Of a stretch of DNA of 64,000 nt, positions 63,484-64,000 are shown piece by piece. A model generated the notes under the pieces. It did no database searches. It worked only from the letters and a program-made list of their open reading frames with translations, and was not told where the DNA came from. A program made the translations under genes and the position numbers. The DNA lies in assembly GCA_963747235.1 (NCBI GenBank), contig CAVVEU010000039.1:11879-75878 (forward strand), read 5' to 3'. Position 1 is the stretch's first letter. Every line of letters starts with the position of its first letter. This DNA is from an uncultured Candidatus Rokubacteria bacterium. Its GTDB lineage: Bacteria; Methylomirabilota; Methylomirabilia; Rokubacteriales; CSP1-6.

Positions 63484-64000
63484 ATGACCCGGAGGCTGTG
63501 GCGGCTGCTCGGAGTGATCGGTGGTGGCGCCGTCGTCCTGTCCGTCGGCTTCGTCCTGGGCCTTCCCTTCTCTTCCCGGGCCCAGCAACCCGCTCAGCCC
63601 GCCACAACGGCGGCGATGCCGCCCGGCGACAACTACGTTGGCGCGGAGACCTGCAAGGGCTGCCACGAGGAAGCGTTCAACAAGTTCTCCCATACCAGGA
63701 TGGGGCGTCTCTTCCTCAGGCAGCCGCGCAGTGCGAAGGAAGCCAATGCCTGCGAGAGCTGCCACGGGCCCGGCAAGGACCACGTGGATGCGGGCGGCGG
63801 CAAGGGCAAGGGGGGCATGATCACCTTCGCGAAGAACGACCCCACGCCGGTGGAGAAGCGGAACGCGGTGTGCCTGTCGTGCCACACCAAGGGCGCCCGC
63901 CTCTTCTGGCAGGGGAGCGCGCACGAGTCGCGGGATGTGGCCTGCACGAGCTGCCACAAGGTCATGGACAATGTCTCCCCGCGCCACCAGCTCGCCAAGG
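63484..64000 (+). CDS. DmsE/MtrA-family decaheme cytochrome c (5' part only, truncated by the window)
   Basis: YVGAETCKGCH, CESCHGPG..H, NAVCLSCH, WQGSAHESRDVACTSCH; AGGAG RBS. Confidence 0.82.
   Translation, partial: MTRRLWRLLGVIGGGAVVLSVGFVLGLPFSSRAQQPAQPATTAAMPPGDNYVGAETCKGCHEEAFNKFSHTRMGRLFLRQPRSAKEANACESCHGPGKDHVDAGGGKGKGGMITFAKNDPTPVEKRNAVCLSCHTKGARLFWQGSAHESRDVACTSCHKVMDNVSPRHQLAK

Overview
Very GC-rich bacterial DNA. Gene style suggests a Rokubacteria/Methylomirabilota-like soil bacterium (inference). Many single-base frameshifts look like long-read errors. Bases 1-56 kb form a hypoxia/dormancy-type stress island: 8 universal stress protein loci, 6 stand-alone CBS proteins, BON, Hsp20, Pcm, an M50-CBS protease, PpsA, PfkA, ADH, acetate-CoA ligase, MgtA, RND and MacB transporters, archease+RtcB, a DksA-like protein, a ba3-type oxidase and NrfHA. 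I find 10 correctly spaced sigma-54 promoters on the + strand. Each is preceded at helically phased distances (~70/80/90/100 bp) by a shared palindrome, YGRGGC-N6-GYCYCA, which is a probable enhancer. Some also have IHF sites, and the island encodes its own IHF/HU subunit. A DUF411/CopG gene has an in-frame TGA at its first conserved Cys followed by a SECIS-like hairpin, so it is a probable selenoprotein. Bases 56-64 kb hold a Rieske/cytochrome b plus multiheme cytochrome cluster (~40 heme motifs) that ends in a DmsE/MtrA-like gene cut by the window edge. I saw no rRNA, tRNA, CRISPR array or transposase.
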